A stretch of DNA of 64,000 nucleotides, from the IMG/VR virus record IMGVR_UViG_3300007274_000042, one strand, 5' to 3'. Below the pieces are notes generated by a model. That model ran no database searches, was not told the DNA's origin, and saw nothing but the letters and a program-made list of their open reading frames with translations. This stretch comes from an uncultured virus (IMG/VR IMGVR_UViG_3300007274_000042). Lineage: Duplodnaviria; Heunggongvirae; Uroviricota; Caudoviricetes. The translations under genes were made by a program, and so were the position numbers. Shown in pieces: positions 56,587 through 64,000 of this stretch (positions are counted from its first letter, which is position 1; every line of letters begins with the position of its first letter).

Positions 56587-57525
56587 ATGGCATCATCAAA
56601 AATTTCAGGAGACTCAGTTCGTGCATACCTTCGTGATATCGGACGCATCCCTCTCCTAGAGCATGACGAAGAGATTCTTCTCGGTCGTCAGGTGCAACGA
56701 TTGATGCAGTTGGAAGAAATGAAGAAAGAGCTAGACCTCGATGTGCAAGGTTTAGCAGAAGCAATGGATTTACCAGTTCGTCAGTTACTTCGAGAATTCC
56801 GAGATGGAACTAAAGCGAAAGACAAAATGGTCACGGCGAACCTTCGTCTCGTCGTTAGTGTCGCCAAGAAATACACTAAGCGGAACATGGAACTTCTGGA
56901 CATCATCCAAGAAGGAACTATCGGTCTCGTCCGTGGCGTTGAGAAGTTTGATCCTGGTCGCGGGTACAAGTTTAGTACTTATGCTTATTGGTGGATTCGC
57001 CAAGGCATCACGCGGGCCATTGCGGAGAAGTCCCGAGCCATCCGTCTACCAATCCACGTTACAGAGAACCTCAACAAACTTAAGAAAGCCCAGCGCGAAT
57101 TAAGTCAAATCAATGGACGGCTGCCCAATGTATTTGAGTTGTCCGATCACCTTGAGTTAGGTGTAGAAGAGATCAAAGATCTAATGTGTAAGGCGAGGCA
57201 ACCTACCTCACTGGAAATTAAAATCGGTGAAAATAGAGACACTGCGCTCATCGATCTGCTGGAAGATGAAACCCAGTTGCCCGACACTCTGCTTGAGCAA
57301 CAGTTCGTCAAAGAAGACATGCGTGAACTGATTCGTGACCTGCCTGAAATGCAAGCTGCTGTCATCTCCATGCGCTACGGCATTGGTGAAGAGATGCTTG
57401 AGCCGATGTCTATGACTGCTATCGGTCAAGTACTGAATATGTCTCGTGACCGTGTACGTACTCTGGAGCACAAAGCTGTGCGCAGTCTGCGTGAGATGTC
57501 TTCAAAAGTGAGCGAATATCTCTAA
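56587..57525 (+). CDS. RpoD-like (group 2 type) sigma-70 factor
   Basis: DSVRAYL.DIGRIPLL, ANLRLVVSVAKKY, DIIQEG.IGL, GYKFSTYAYWWIRQ, region 4 HTH. Confidence 0.93.
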   Translation: MASSKISGDSVRAYLRDIGRIPLLEHDEEILLGRQVQRLMQLEEMKKELDLDVQGLAEAMDLPVRQLLREFRDGTKAKDKMVTANLRLVVSVAKKYTKRNMELLDIIQEGTIGLVRGVEKFDPGRGYKFSTYAYWWIRQGITRAIAEKSRAIRLPIHVTENLNKLKKAQRELSQINGRLPNVFELSDHLELGVEEIKDLMCKARQPTSLEIKIGENRDTALIDLLEDETQLPDTLLEQQFVKEDMRELIRDLPEMQAAVISMRYGIGEEMLEPMSMTAIGQVLNMSRDRVRTLEHKAVRSLREMSSKVSEYL

Positions 57526-57554
57526 TACAATAGAGGTAAAGACGCGAACTGCTA

Positions 57555-58286
57555 ATGCCTATAAATAGGACTGCTGTACAACCGCCAACTATTACTGGAC
57601 GCATCAGCCGTAATCACCTTCACTACGGTGGGAGTGATTACACAGCAGCTCATGCGGCTGCTTCTGGTAAGTCGTTGAACTATGCAAACGGTCCTACACT
57701 GATTAGGCCTGACGTACAGAAGCTCTACGCTCTACCCACAGTAGATAAGTGGGAAGATGCCGTAGGGTTATTTGGCGCTGAGAATAAGTTTGTACTGTAC
57801 ACATATAACGATGCTGACGAGTTGATTGCTAATGCGTGCTATGAAGATGTTGGATACGAGTGTGCTCAGTACTCTCACCTCGCATCTGAAATTGACGACG
57901 GATACAAAGAACTGAAATGGAATCGAAAGAATTTTCCAATTGAAGATACTTACGAGCAAGCAATGTGGATTGCTGAAAATAAATTCCCTACAGTTTTGAA
58001 GGATAAACTATTCGTCAGTGTGGAGTTAGTCAACCACGGTACAGGTAATATCTATAACGACGACTGGTTAGACACACGTCTGTATGCAGTCGATCGTATT
58101 GAGCACCCATACCCGAAGATGTATGTGCCTTGGCTTGAGCCGTTCTATGTAGGTTTCCACGCTCGGAACACTCGCCGTTTGCCTTATAACGTAGATGTCG
58201 TTGTTGGTAAAGAAGTAGTGCCGCTCTCCCAGATTGAGGACAAGCGGCTTATTCGTCAAACTATTGAATACGGAAATCAGTTCTAG
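57555..58286 (+). CDS. Hypothetical protein
   Basis: 243-aa ORF. Confidence 0.65.
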   Translation: MPINRTAVQPPTITGRISRNHLHYGGSDYTAAHAAASGKSLNYANGPTLIRPDVQKLYALPTVDKWEDAVGLFGAENKFVLYTYNDADELIANACYEDVGYECAQYSHLASEIDDGYKELKWNRKNFPIEDTYEQAMWIAENKFPTVLKDKLFVSVELVNHGTGNIYNDDWLDTRLYAVDRIEHPYPKMYVPWLEPFYVGFHARNTRRLPYNVDVVVGKEVVPLSQIEDKRLIRQTIEYGNQF

Positions 58287-58795
58287 TCTTCAGCATCAAC
58301 TTTGACCTTAGCTCGTTTACGAGGCTTAGTACCTTCGGCAGCACTTTGACGTTTAACGCGGCCCTCCATGTAGACGTAGCCATCTCCTGGAGGAGCAGGA
58401 GGAGTAGGACGGCTAGCACCATCAGCAGGAGTAACAGTCATCACTTGACCACTAGCCAAGCGAGGCATCACGTAATACTCAATCAACTCAAAGTCTTCGG
58501 TGTACAGAGCTGCGTAGTCAATATCACGAACTCCATAGAAGGCAAAGTCTGTACCGTCGTAATCAATACGAACAATGCTGCTAGCAGAAGTATTGAGTGC
58601 AAGCTTCACAGTACCGCCGCCTAGCGCAACATCGAACACAGTTGCAGAGCAGTACTGGGTGCTGACTTGACCGTTGATCCACCAACGCTTCAGCTTCCAC
58701 TGGTCGCCACCACCCTTAGGGCGGCGAAGCAGAAGATCCGTACCTTTGTGCTTACGGACATCTTTTACGCCCTTAAGTATGAGACTATCAGCCAT
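58283..58795 (-). CDS. Hypothetical protein
   Basis: 170-aa ORF coupled to the HNH gene. Confidence 0.6.
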   Translation of the reverse strand: MADSLILKGVKDVRKHKGTDLLLRRPKGGGDQWKLKRWWINGQVSTQYCSATVFDVALGGGTVKLALNTSASSIVRIDYDGTDFAFYGVRDIDYAALYTEDFELIEYYVMPRLASGQVMTVTPADGASRPTPPAPPGDGYVYMEGRVKRQSAAEGTKPRKRAKVKVDAED

Positions 58796-59172
58796 TAGAT
58801 TTCTGATTTACATTCCTCTATTTTAGTCCATTTAAGATTATCTATTTTGTTGTTCCGTTTATTCCCGTCAATATGAGCTACACGGCTACAACCTTTGCCC
58901 CTACCTGGGATTGTAACTGGGTTACCTAAGAACGCAAGCGCTACTAATTTATGGATAGTCACGGTGATTGTCTTCCGTCTGCCTATCCGTTGCGTCAGAT
59001 TTACCTGCGTGTAACCATTCTTATTGACCCTGGTTTTAAGGATCCGTTCAATCTGTCCTTTGGTAGATTTCACCTGGCCACTGTCGTTTATATAGTATTC
59101 AATACAGCACTCGTAGCCAGGTAAAAGGTGAATAGGTTTCCAGTGCCTGTCGTCGATAAAATCCATTACCAC
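58795..59172 (-). CDS. NUMOD4/HNH homing endonuclease-like protein
   Basis: WKPI..GY...Y.I...G.VKS, HKLVALAFL, HIDGNKRNN..DNL.W. Confidence 0.85.
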   Translation of the reverse strand: MVMDFIDDRHWKPIHLLPGYECCIEYYINDSGQVKSTKGQIERILKTRVNKNGYTQVNLTQRIGRRKTITVTIHKLVALAFLGNPVTIPGRGKGCSRVAHIDGNKRNNKIDNLKWTKIEECKSEI

Positions 59173-59280
59173 AATATATTAGGGTACTTAAGTATTATTA
59201 TAGCTATAGGAATTACTATCTATATATGTGTCTAAGTCGAAGACACTTATAAACCTTTTAGCTTACGGAGTTACGATCCT

Positions 59281-60442
59281 ATGTGGATTGATAATGATTT
59301 TCCGAAGCTTCTTGGTGCTGAGCTNNNNNNNNNNNNNNNNNNNNNNNNNNNNNNNNNNNNNNNNNNNNNNNNNNNNNNNNNNNNNNNNNNNNNNNNNNNN
59401 NNNNNNNNNNNNNNNNNNNNNNNNNNNNNNNNNNNNNNNTCCGCCTCCGCACGCAACATCGTCAAGGACAAGGTGCTCGTGACTCTCCGTGAGTACACCG
59501 GCCCCGCTGATTCCCGTGACGCAACACAGCCTTCTACTTTCAAGGTGGCTCGTGAAACCCTGATCACCGCTCAGCGCCTGCTGCTGGACACCGGAAACCT
59601 GAACGTCTTCCACCAGTCCATCGGTTCGCTGACTCTGCTTGATGACTACCGCCGCTGGCGCGACCGGGTGTTCGCTAACGAACTCCTGAAAGCCGAAGCT
59701 TGTGGCAAAGCTGATGCAACCCAAGGTGGTTACTACCTGCCTGGTGGCCAAGAGAAAGGCTCCGATTCCTCCGACGGTGGAACTCTGGGTGTGACCTACG
59801 ACGCTGGCGAAAGCGCCAAGTTCGATGTCACCACTGACCTTCTCGAAGTCGTTAAGGATATGCGTAAGCGCAACGTCCCGACTTTNNNNNNNNNNNNNNN
59901 NNNNNNNNNNNNNNNNNNNNNNNNNNNNNNNNNNNNNNNNNNNNNNNNNNNNNNNNNNNNNNNNNNNNNNNNNNNNAACTCTGACTTCCGTGAGATCGCA
60001 CGCTACCCGGGCACCGGAATGGTGAACCCCATGCAGCCGCATCTCCACCCCGACGCTAACTTCTTCCAAGGCATGGGCCCCGCATACGGCCAGGCTGGCT
60101 TCGTTGCTGGTCANNNNNNNNNNNNNNNNNNNNNNNNNNNNNNNNNNNNNNNNNNNNNNNNNNNNNNNNNNNCGTTGGTTCGAGTCCACCAACCTGCCTG
60201 AAACCTCTTACAACCTGAAGATCACCGACGAGAACGCTACTGCGACTGACTACGACGCAGCTCAGCTTATCTTCTTCGGCCCTCAAGCTGTGGGTGTGGG
60301 TATTGGTGGTAACAACGCACAGATTCTGTTGAACAACAACGATGATTTCTCTCGTTTCATCATCATGATCTGGAGCTTGTTCGCCGGTTTTGAAACGCTT
60401 AACCGCGATTTCATCACGGTTGGTTACTCTTTCGTTTATTGA
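59281..60442 (+). CDS. Major capsid protein (three N gaps; frames joined across a gap)
   Basis: About 390 aa, strongly C-ending codon bias, position after portal and scaffold, FFGPQAVG...WSLFAGF.TLN C-terminus. Confidence 0.75.
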
Positions 60443-60457
60443 TAGGAGAACTAACTA

Positions 60458-61153
60458 ATGGCTACTTTCCAATTTGACCCGGCCTCTGGCGATAACGCTA
60501 CTGCCCCTCTCGCACGTAAGCCCTGGAATAACAAAATCTTCCCCGGTAACTACGTTGCTCATCTGAACGCATACCGTGACCAAGGTGTGGTCGCACTTCC
60601 TGGTGCTGTGTTCTTCCGTGGTGTTGGCGCACTTGTGCTCAACCCCGATACTGACGGTGTACTGAATACCTCCGGTGTTCTGCCCGCTGGTACCTACGAC
60701 CTGCAAATCCTGTCTCCCGACCTGCGTCAGGATGACAAGCCTCGCTTGGACCGTCCCTTCATCATCCCCGAAGGCGCTGTGGTGTATCGCACCGCTGTGA
60801 ACGCTGTGGGTACTCGTGAAGAGACTATTGCTGGTACTGCCACTGTCACCATTGCTGGCCTTTCCAGCCCCACTGCTCCTGTTGCTACGGCTCTGGCCGA
60901 TGGTTTCTTCGAGCCCGTGGGTGAGTTCTCTGCCTTCGTTTCCATCCTCGATGGAACTGGTTTGGGTGCTGACACCCCTGTTCAAGTGACCACCACTGGA
61001 TCACTGGTTGCCCGTCAGAATCCTTCTGCCGGTGCTTGCCGCAATAGCCCCTCCGCCATCCTGGTCGAGGTTTGCTACTTCCTGCCTGATGCTGCACCTG
61101 ATGCAGACGACGTGCATATCCCCTACGGCGTTGAAGCTGGTCAAGGTTATTGA
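60458..61153 (+). CDS. Highly expressed virion protein (decoration-like)
   Basis: AGGAG SD; same codon bias as the capsid gene; followed by a terminator. Confidence 0.6.
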   Translation: MATFQFDPASGDNATAPLARKPWNNKIFPGNYVAHLNAYRDQGVVALPGAVFFRGVGALVLNPDTDGVLNTSGVLPAGTYDLQILSPDLRQDDKPRLDRPFIIPEGAVVYRTAVNAVGTREETIAGTATVTIAGLSSPTAPVATALADGFFEPVGEFSAFVSILDGTGLGADTPVQVTTTGSLVARQNPSAGACRNSPSAILVEVCYFLPDAAPDADDVHIPYGVEAGQGY

Positions 61154-61170
61154 TCTAATCAACCCAATTA

Positions 61171-61198
61171 AGAGAGCTCCTACGGGGGCTCTTTTTTT
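61171..61198 (+). terminator. Intrinsic terminator
   Basis: AGAGCTCC-TACG-GGGGCTCT followed by a T-run (cUACGg loop). Confidence 0.85.
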
Positions 61199-61232
61199 GT
61201 GCCTATAATAATGTTATGTGTACCCTAAAGAT

Positions 61233-61667
61233 ATGTCAGAGCACAGACTGTTTCAAGATACAAAGACCGGAAAGCTGGTTGAATTCGTAAGCAAGCACGA
61301 TAAAGAATTCGCAATGGTGAAGGATGCTGCTGGCAACATTACGTTTATGACCCTCGAACAATTGACGCCTTATGAACAAGGTAAAGGCCGACTGGCAAAG
61401 GTCAAAGCACCTGAGCTCATTGTCCCTGAAGAGGAAGCTCCCGCAACTGTTGTCCCCATCGAAGACACTCGACTTAACCTCAACTTCGCTCCTGCTGAAC
61501 AGATTGCCAAGCGACTGCCTGGTGTTGGTTTTGCTACAGCTAAGAAGATTGTTGAGCTCCGTATGTCTCTCAGTGGTGAGCGGTTTGCAAACCTAAAACA
61601 ACTAGAGAATATCCCTCGTGTGAACTGGGATCAGTTGATTGAAGAAGACCTTATCTTCATTAGTTAA
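61233..61667 (+). CDS. Helix-hairpin-helix (ComEA-like) DNA-binding protein
   Basis: LNLN.A..EQI..RLPGVG...AKKIV.LR...F.NL.QL. Confidence 0.75.
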   Translation: MSEHRLFQDTKTGKLVEFVSKHDKEFAMVKDAAGNITFMTLEQLTPYEQGKGRLAKVKAPELIVPEEEAPATVVPIEDTRLNLNFAPAEQIAKRLPGVGFATAKKIVELRMSLSGERFANLKQLENIPRVNWDQLIEEDLIFIS

Positions 61668-61694
61668 ACTAGTTATAGTGTCAGCACTTTAATA

Positions 61695-62117
61695 ATGTCC
61701 GTCAACATTGAAGATATTCTTCTACTTAAGGCGCAGCAAGATTCTGCCAATCAAAACAACGATGTCGGGATGATTGCCGGTGGCACCCTTGGTGCTGCTT
61801 TGGGTGCTTTAGACGGAACAGGTCGTCATCGCAAAGGACAGGCCGAGCTACTTGAGCGTCTAGTAACTAGAACTAAACAGCCCTTGACTGGTGCTCCTGG
61901 TCTGCATAACGCTCGCCCAGGCGCTCGTATGGCAGGTGGACTTGTTGGCTTGATCTTAGGTGGCGGCTTGGGTGCTGGAACTTCAGCACTGATGCAACGT
62001 GAGAGCCCTTCTGCTCGTTTGCTAGCCAAGTTGCAAACAGAAGGAAGCCTGACACCTCAAGAAGCTGATCAGCTTGAAGATGTACTGACAGCAACGTACT
62101 CCAACATTGCTAAGTGA
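61695..62117 (+). CDS. Glycine-zipper protein with RMAG motif
   Basis: ARMAGGLVGLILGGGLG. Confidence 0.6.
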   Translation: MSVNIEDILLLKAQQDSANQNNDVGMIAGGTLGAALGALDGTGRHRKGQAELLERLVTRTKQPLTGAPGLHNARPGARMAGGLVGLILGGGLGAGTSALMQRESPSARLLAKLQTEGSLTPQEADQLEDVLTATYSNIAK

Positions 62118-62118
62118 C

Positions 62119-62616
62119 ATGCAGTTATCTGAACACGAAAAATCAAAAGTCAGGTTCCACTTAGGAATTAACAGCGGTGCTCAGATCCCAGCAGGTGATC
62201 GTTCCCGCATTGAGGAAGCGATGGCCTTGGTGCCTGATGAGCTTTGGTACAACGAGATCATTTATCACATCGGACGTTGCGATCGTGCTTGGAAAGCAAG
62301 TGCTGCTATACCTGATGATTACTTTGAAGAAAACGGGACCAAACAGCTGAATCCGACACGACAAGAAATCATTGCAGGTGATGTCAACCGTTCAATCTCA
62401 ACCTCAGACCCTCTCAAAGGAGACGAGTACTTCCGTGAGATCTACCTCAGAGAAGTCGATCGTCTTGCTGAAACTTTGTACGTTCCTAACTATCGACGCC
62501 CTGAAGTACGTCGGTATTGTTTTGAAAGAGCTGGGTCGGAATTTATTATGGCTGTGCCAGGACCTGCGGATACTGCCGTCGGATCACGAATGATGTTACA
62601 TAGTAGTTGGCGGTAA
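62119..62616 (+). CDS. Possible head-tail adaptor protein
   Basis: MQLSEHEKSKVRFHLG N-terminus and position after the capsid operon. Confidence 0.45.
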   Translation: MQLSEHEKSKVRFHLGINSGAQIPAGDRSRIEEAMALVPDELWYNEIIYHIGRCDRAWKASAAIPDDYFEENGTKQLNPTRQEIIAGDVNRSISTSDPLKGDEYFREIYLREVDRLAETLYVPNYRRPEVRRYCFERAGSEFIMAVPGPADTAVGSRMMLHSSWR

Positions 62617-62650
62617 GTGTAGAATAGGTTTAGGATTATTGGATTAGATT

Positions 62651-63085
62651 ATGAATGCCGTAACTAGTCACGGTGCGCCTAAGATTACGATGAATAGTGG
62701 CGAGCAAGAATATCGCCAGAAGCTTAAGTCTGCCAAACAGACTCAAGGCAATCCGTACGTCGATGGTGTATATGACGTGTTTGCAGATGGCCCCGGTCAT
62801 GCTGTAAGTGATAGCCGTACAAACTACGGTGCTCCTACTGTGATGCCTCAAACCATCATGGAAGGCGGTCACTCTAACTTTGAGCAGAAAGATACTCCTA
62901 ATAATTCACCGACGAATATCTATACCAAGCAGACTGGATCCCAAGAGCTCGGTACTTCTGCTACTAGCAACCCGAACCAAGACCCTGAGCTGTTTGAGAC
63001 AAACGCTCTTGAGAAGCGTCTTGCTATGTACGCAAAAGCCGGTGGTAACGCCAACTTTGGCCTGAACAATCGCGCTGCTGTCTGA
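62651..63085 (+). CDS. Hypothetical protein
   Basis: 144 aa; TAGAAT box upstream. Confidence 0.6.
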   Translation: MNAVTSHGAPKITMNSGEQEYRQKLKSAKQTQGNPYVDGVYDVFADGPGHAVSDSRTNYGAPTVMPQTIMEGGHSNFEQKDTPNNSPTNIYTKQTGSQELGTSATSNPNQDPELFETNALEKRLAMYAKAGGNANFGLNNRAAV

Positions 63086-63624
63086 TGTCTAAAAGAACTA
63101 AATCACAAGAGAACGCAATGATGCTCGATCCGAATCGGGCAAAGATTGCTAAACAGAATGCTGTTCTCCCCGGTGGTCCCGAGAACAACAACCCAATGAA
63201 CGTCACCAGTATTGCTGACGGAACTGTGAGTGCTGAAAGCATCTACGGTGATTACAAACAACAGTACCCGCAGATGGGTGCTGGTGTAATTAACCCTCAA
63301 GGTGTTGGTCCTTCTGGTCTACAGCAGAACTTCCCTAAGGCACAGTTTGGTTTTAACCAACAGCCTTACGGGACACAGCAGCAGCCCAACGCATCAGGTA
63401 ACTCACCTGAATGGGAACTCATGGAAGGCGGTCGTCTCGCTGGTTATGGTAAAGCTCAAGGTCTACCCACCGCACCGATGGGACTCATCGGCGGTCCCCC
63501 AATTCCTGGTGCTCTGCCTGGCGCTATGCCTGGAACCTCTGGTCCACCACTCATGCCCGGTAACCAAGGCATCGTCCCCGGCTCAACCCCACAGAAAATC
63601 GGTAAGAAAGGAGGTAAAAAGTAA
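63085..63624 (+). CDS. Pro/Gly/Gln-rich hypothetical protein
   Basis: Coupled ORF containing RLAG. Confidence 0.6.
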   Translation: MSKRTKSQENAMMLDPNRAKIAKQNAVLPGGPENNNPMNVTSIADGTVSAESIYGDYKQQYPQMGAGVINPQGVGPSGLQQNFPKAQFGFNQQPYGTQQQPNASGNSPEWELMEGGRLAGYGKAQGLPTAPMGLIGGPPIPGALPGAMPGTSGPPLMPGNQGIVPGSTPQKIGKKGGKK

Positions 63625-64000
63625 TGGCATCAACTAGTACTAATAAGCAACCACTGCTTGTAGATCGCCCTTTCCTGAAGATTGTGGACACTAGCGGACT
63701 TCTGGTAGGCACCCTGCCTGCTGGTACTGCTGTGGATCCTCAGACAGCCGCTGGCGCATTGATGGTTGATTGCACTAAGAATGATGGTGCAATTGTTGAG
63801 CATCTGTGGACTATCGCTCGTGAACAGACAGTCGAGACATACGACGAAGATCCAGATACCGATCCTGACGCTACTGTTGGGATTTGGGGATATGTAGTCA
63901 ATTTCTATCTGTGCCCCTCCAACGTTGTCTTTGATCCAGCCAACGCATACTATATCTGTGGCATTGTTTCAGACACTCAAGAAGGTAGTCGAGTTCAGGC
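63624..64000 (+). CDS. Hypothetical protein (runs off the window edge)
   Basis: TAATG coupling, GGAGG SD, MASTSTNKQPLLVDRP... Confidence 0.6.
   Translation, partial: MASTSTNKQPLLVDRPFLKIVDTSGLLVGTLPAGTAVDPQTAAGALMVDCTKNDGAIVEHLWTIAREQTVETYDEDPDTDPDATVGIWGYVVNFYLCPSNVVFDPANAYYICGIVSDTQEGSRVQ

Noticed and set aside
1..64000. tRNA or rRNA genes
   Set aside because: I recognised no cloverleaf or rRNA-like sequence by eye; a tRNAscan-SE run would be needed to exclude them.

Overview
64 kb of a dsDNA cyanophage genome scaffold with several N gaps; the host is most likely marine Synechococcus (psbA with the Synechococcus-type C-terminus, psbD, hli). The architecture is not T4-like: VirE/VapE-type primase-helicase, short class I RNR and an RpoD-like sigma factor. 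A TIM5-like lineage is a guess I cannot verify here. Positions 1-24 kb (mostly minus strand) hold replication, nucleotide metabolism, lysis and photosynthesis genes. Positions 24-38 kb hold many small minus-strand genes. A non-coding strand switch sits at about 38.0-38.7 kb, and 38.7-64 kb (mostly plus strand) holds virion and head genes (terminase, portal, probable scaffold, capsid). The strongest unexplained signal is 22 identically oriented hairpins with fully covarying 6-bp stems and mostly GACA loops. Most have a (G)TTARA foot and a GAACA box at fixed spacing and sit 17-53 nt upstream of a minus-strand gene, with the cGNNAg loop on the template strand. This could be an ssDNA-hairpin promoter or gene-cassette system. 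Other signals: an R[MFL]AG tag shared by about 11 putative virion proteins; two copies of a CTACG iteron array, one beside an unannotated RHH gene; two Met/Arg/Pro-rich basic repeat proteins; a shared carrier domain with swappable C-terminal cargo; and three neighbouring enzymes with degenerate active sites. All calls come from reading motifs by eye; no searches were run.
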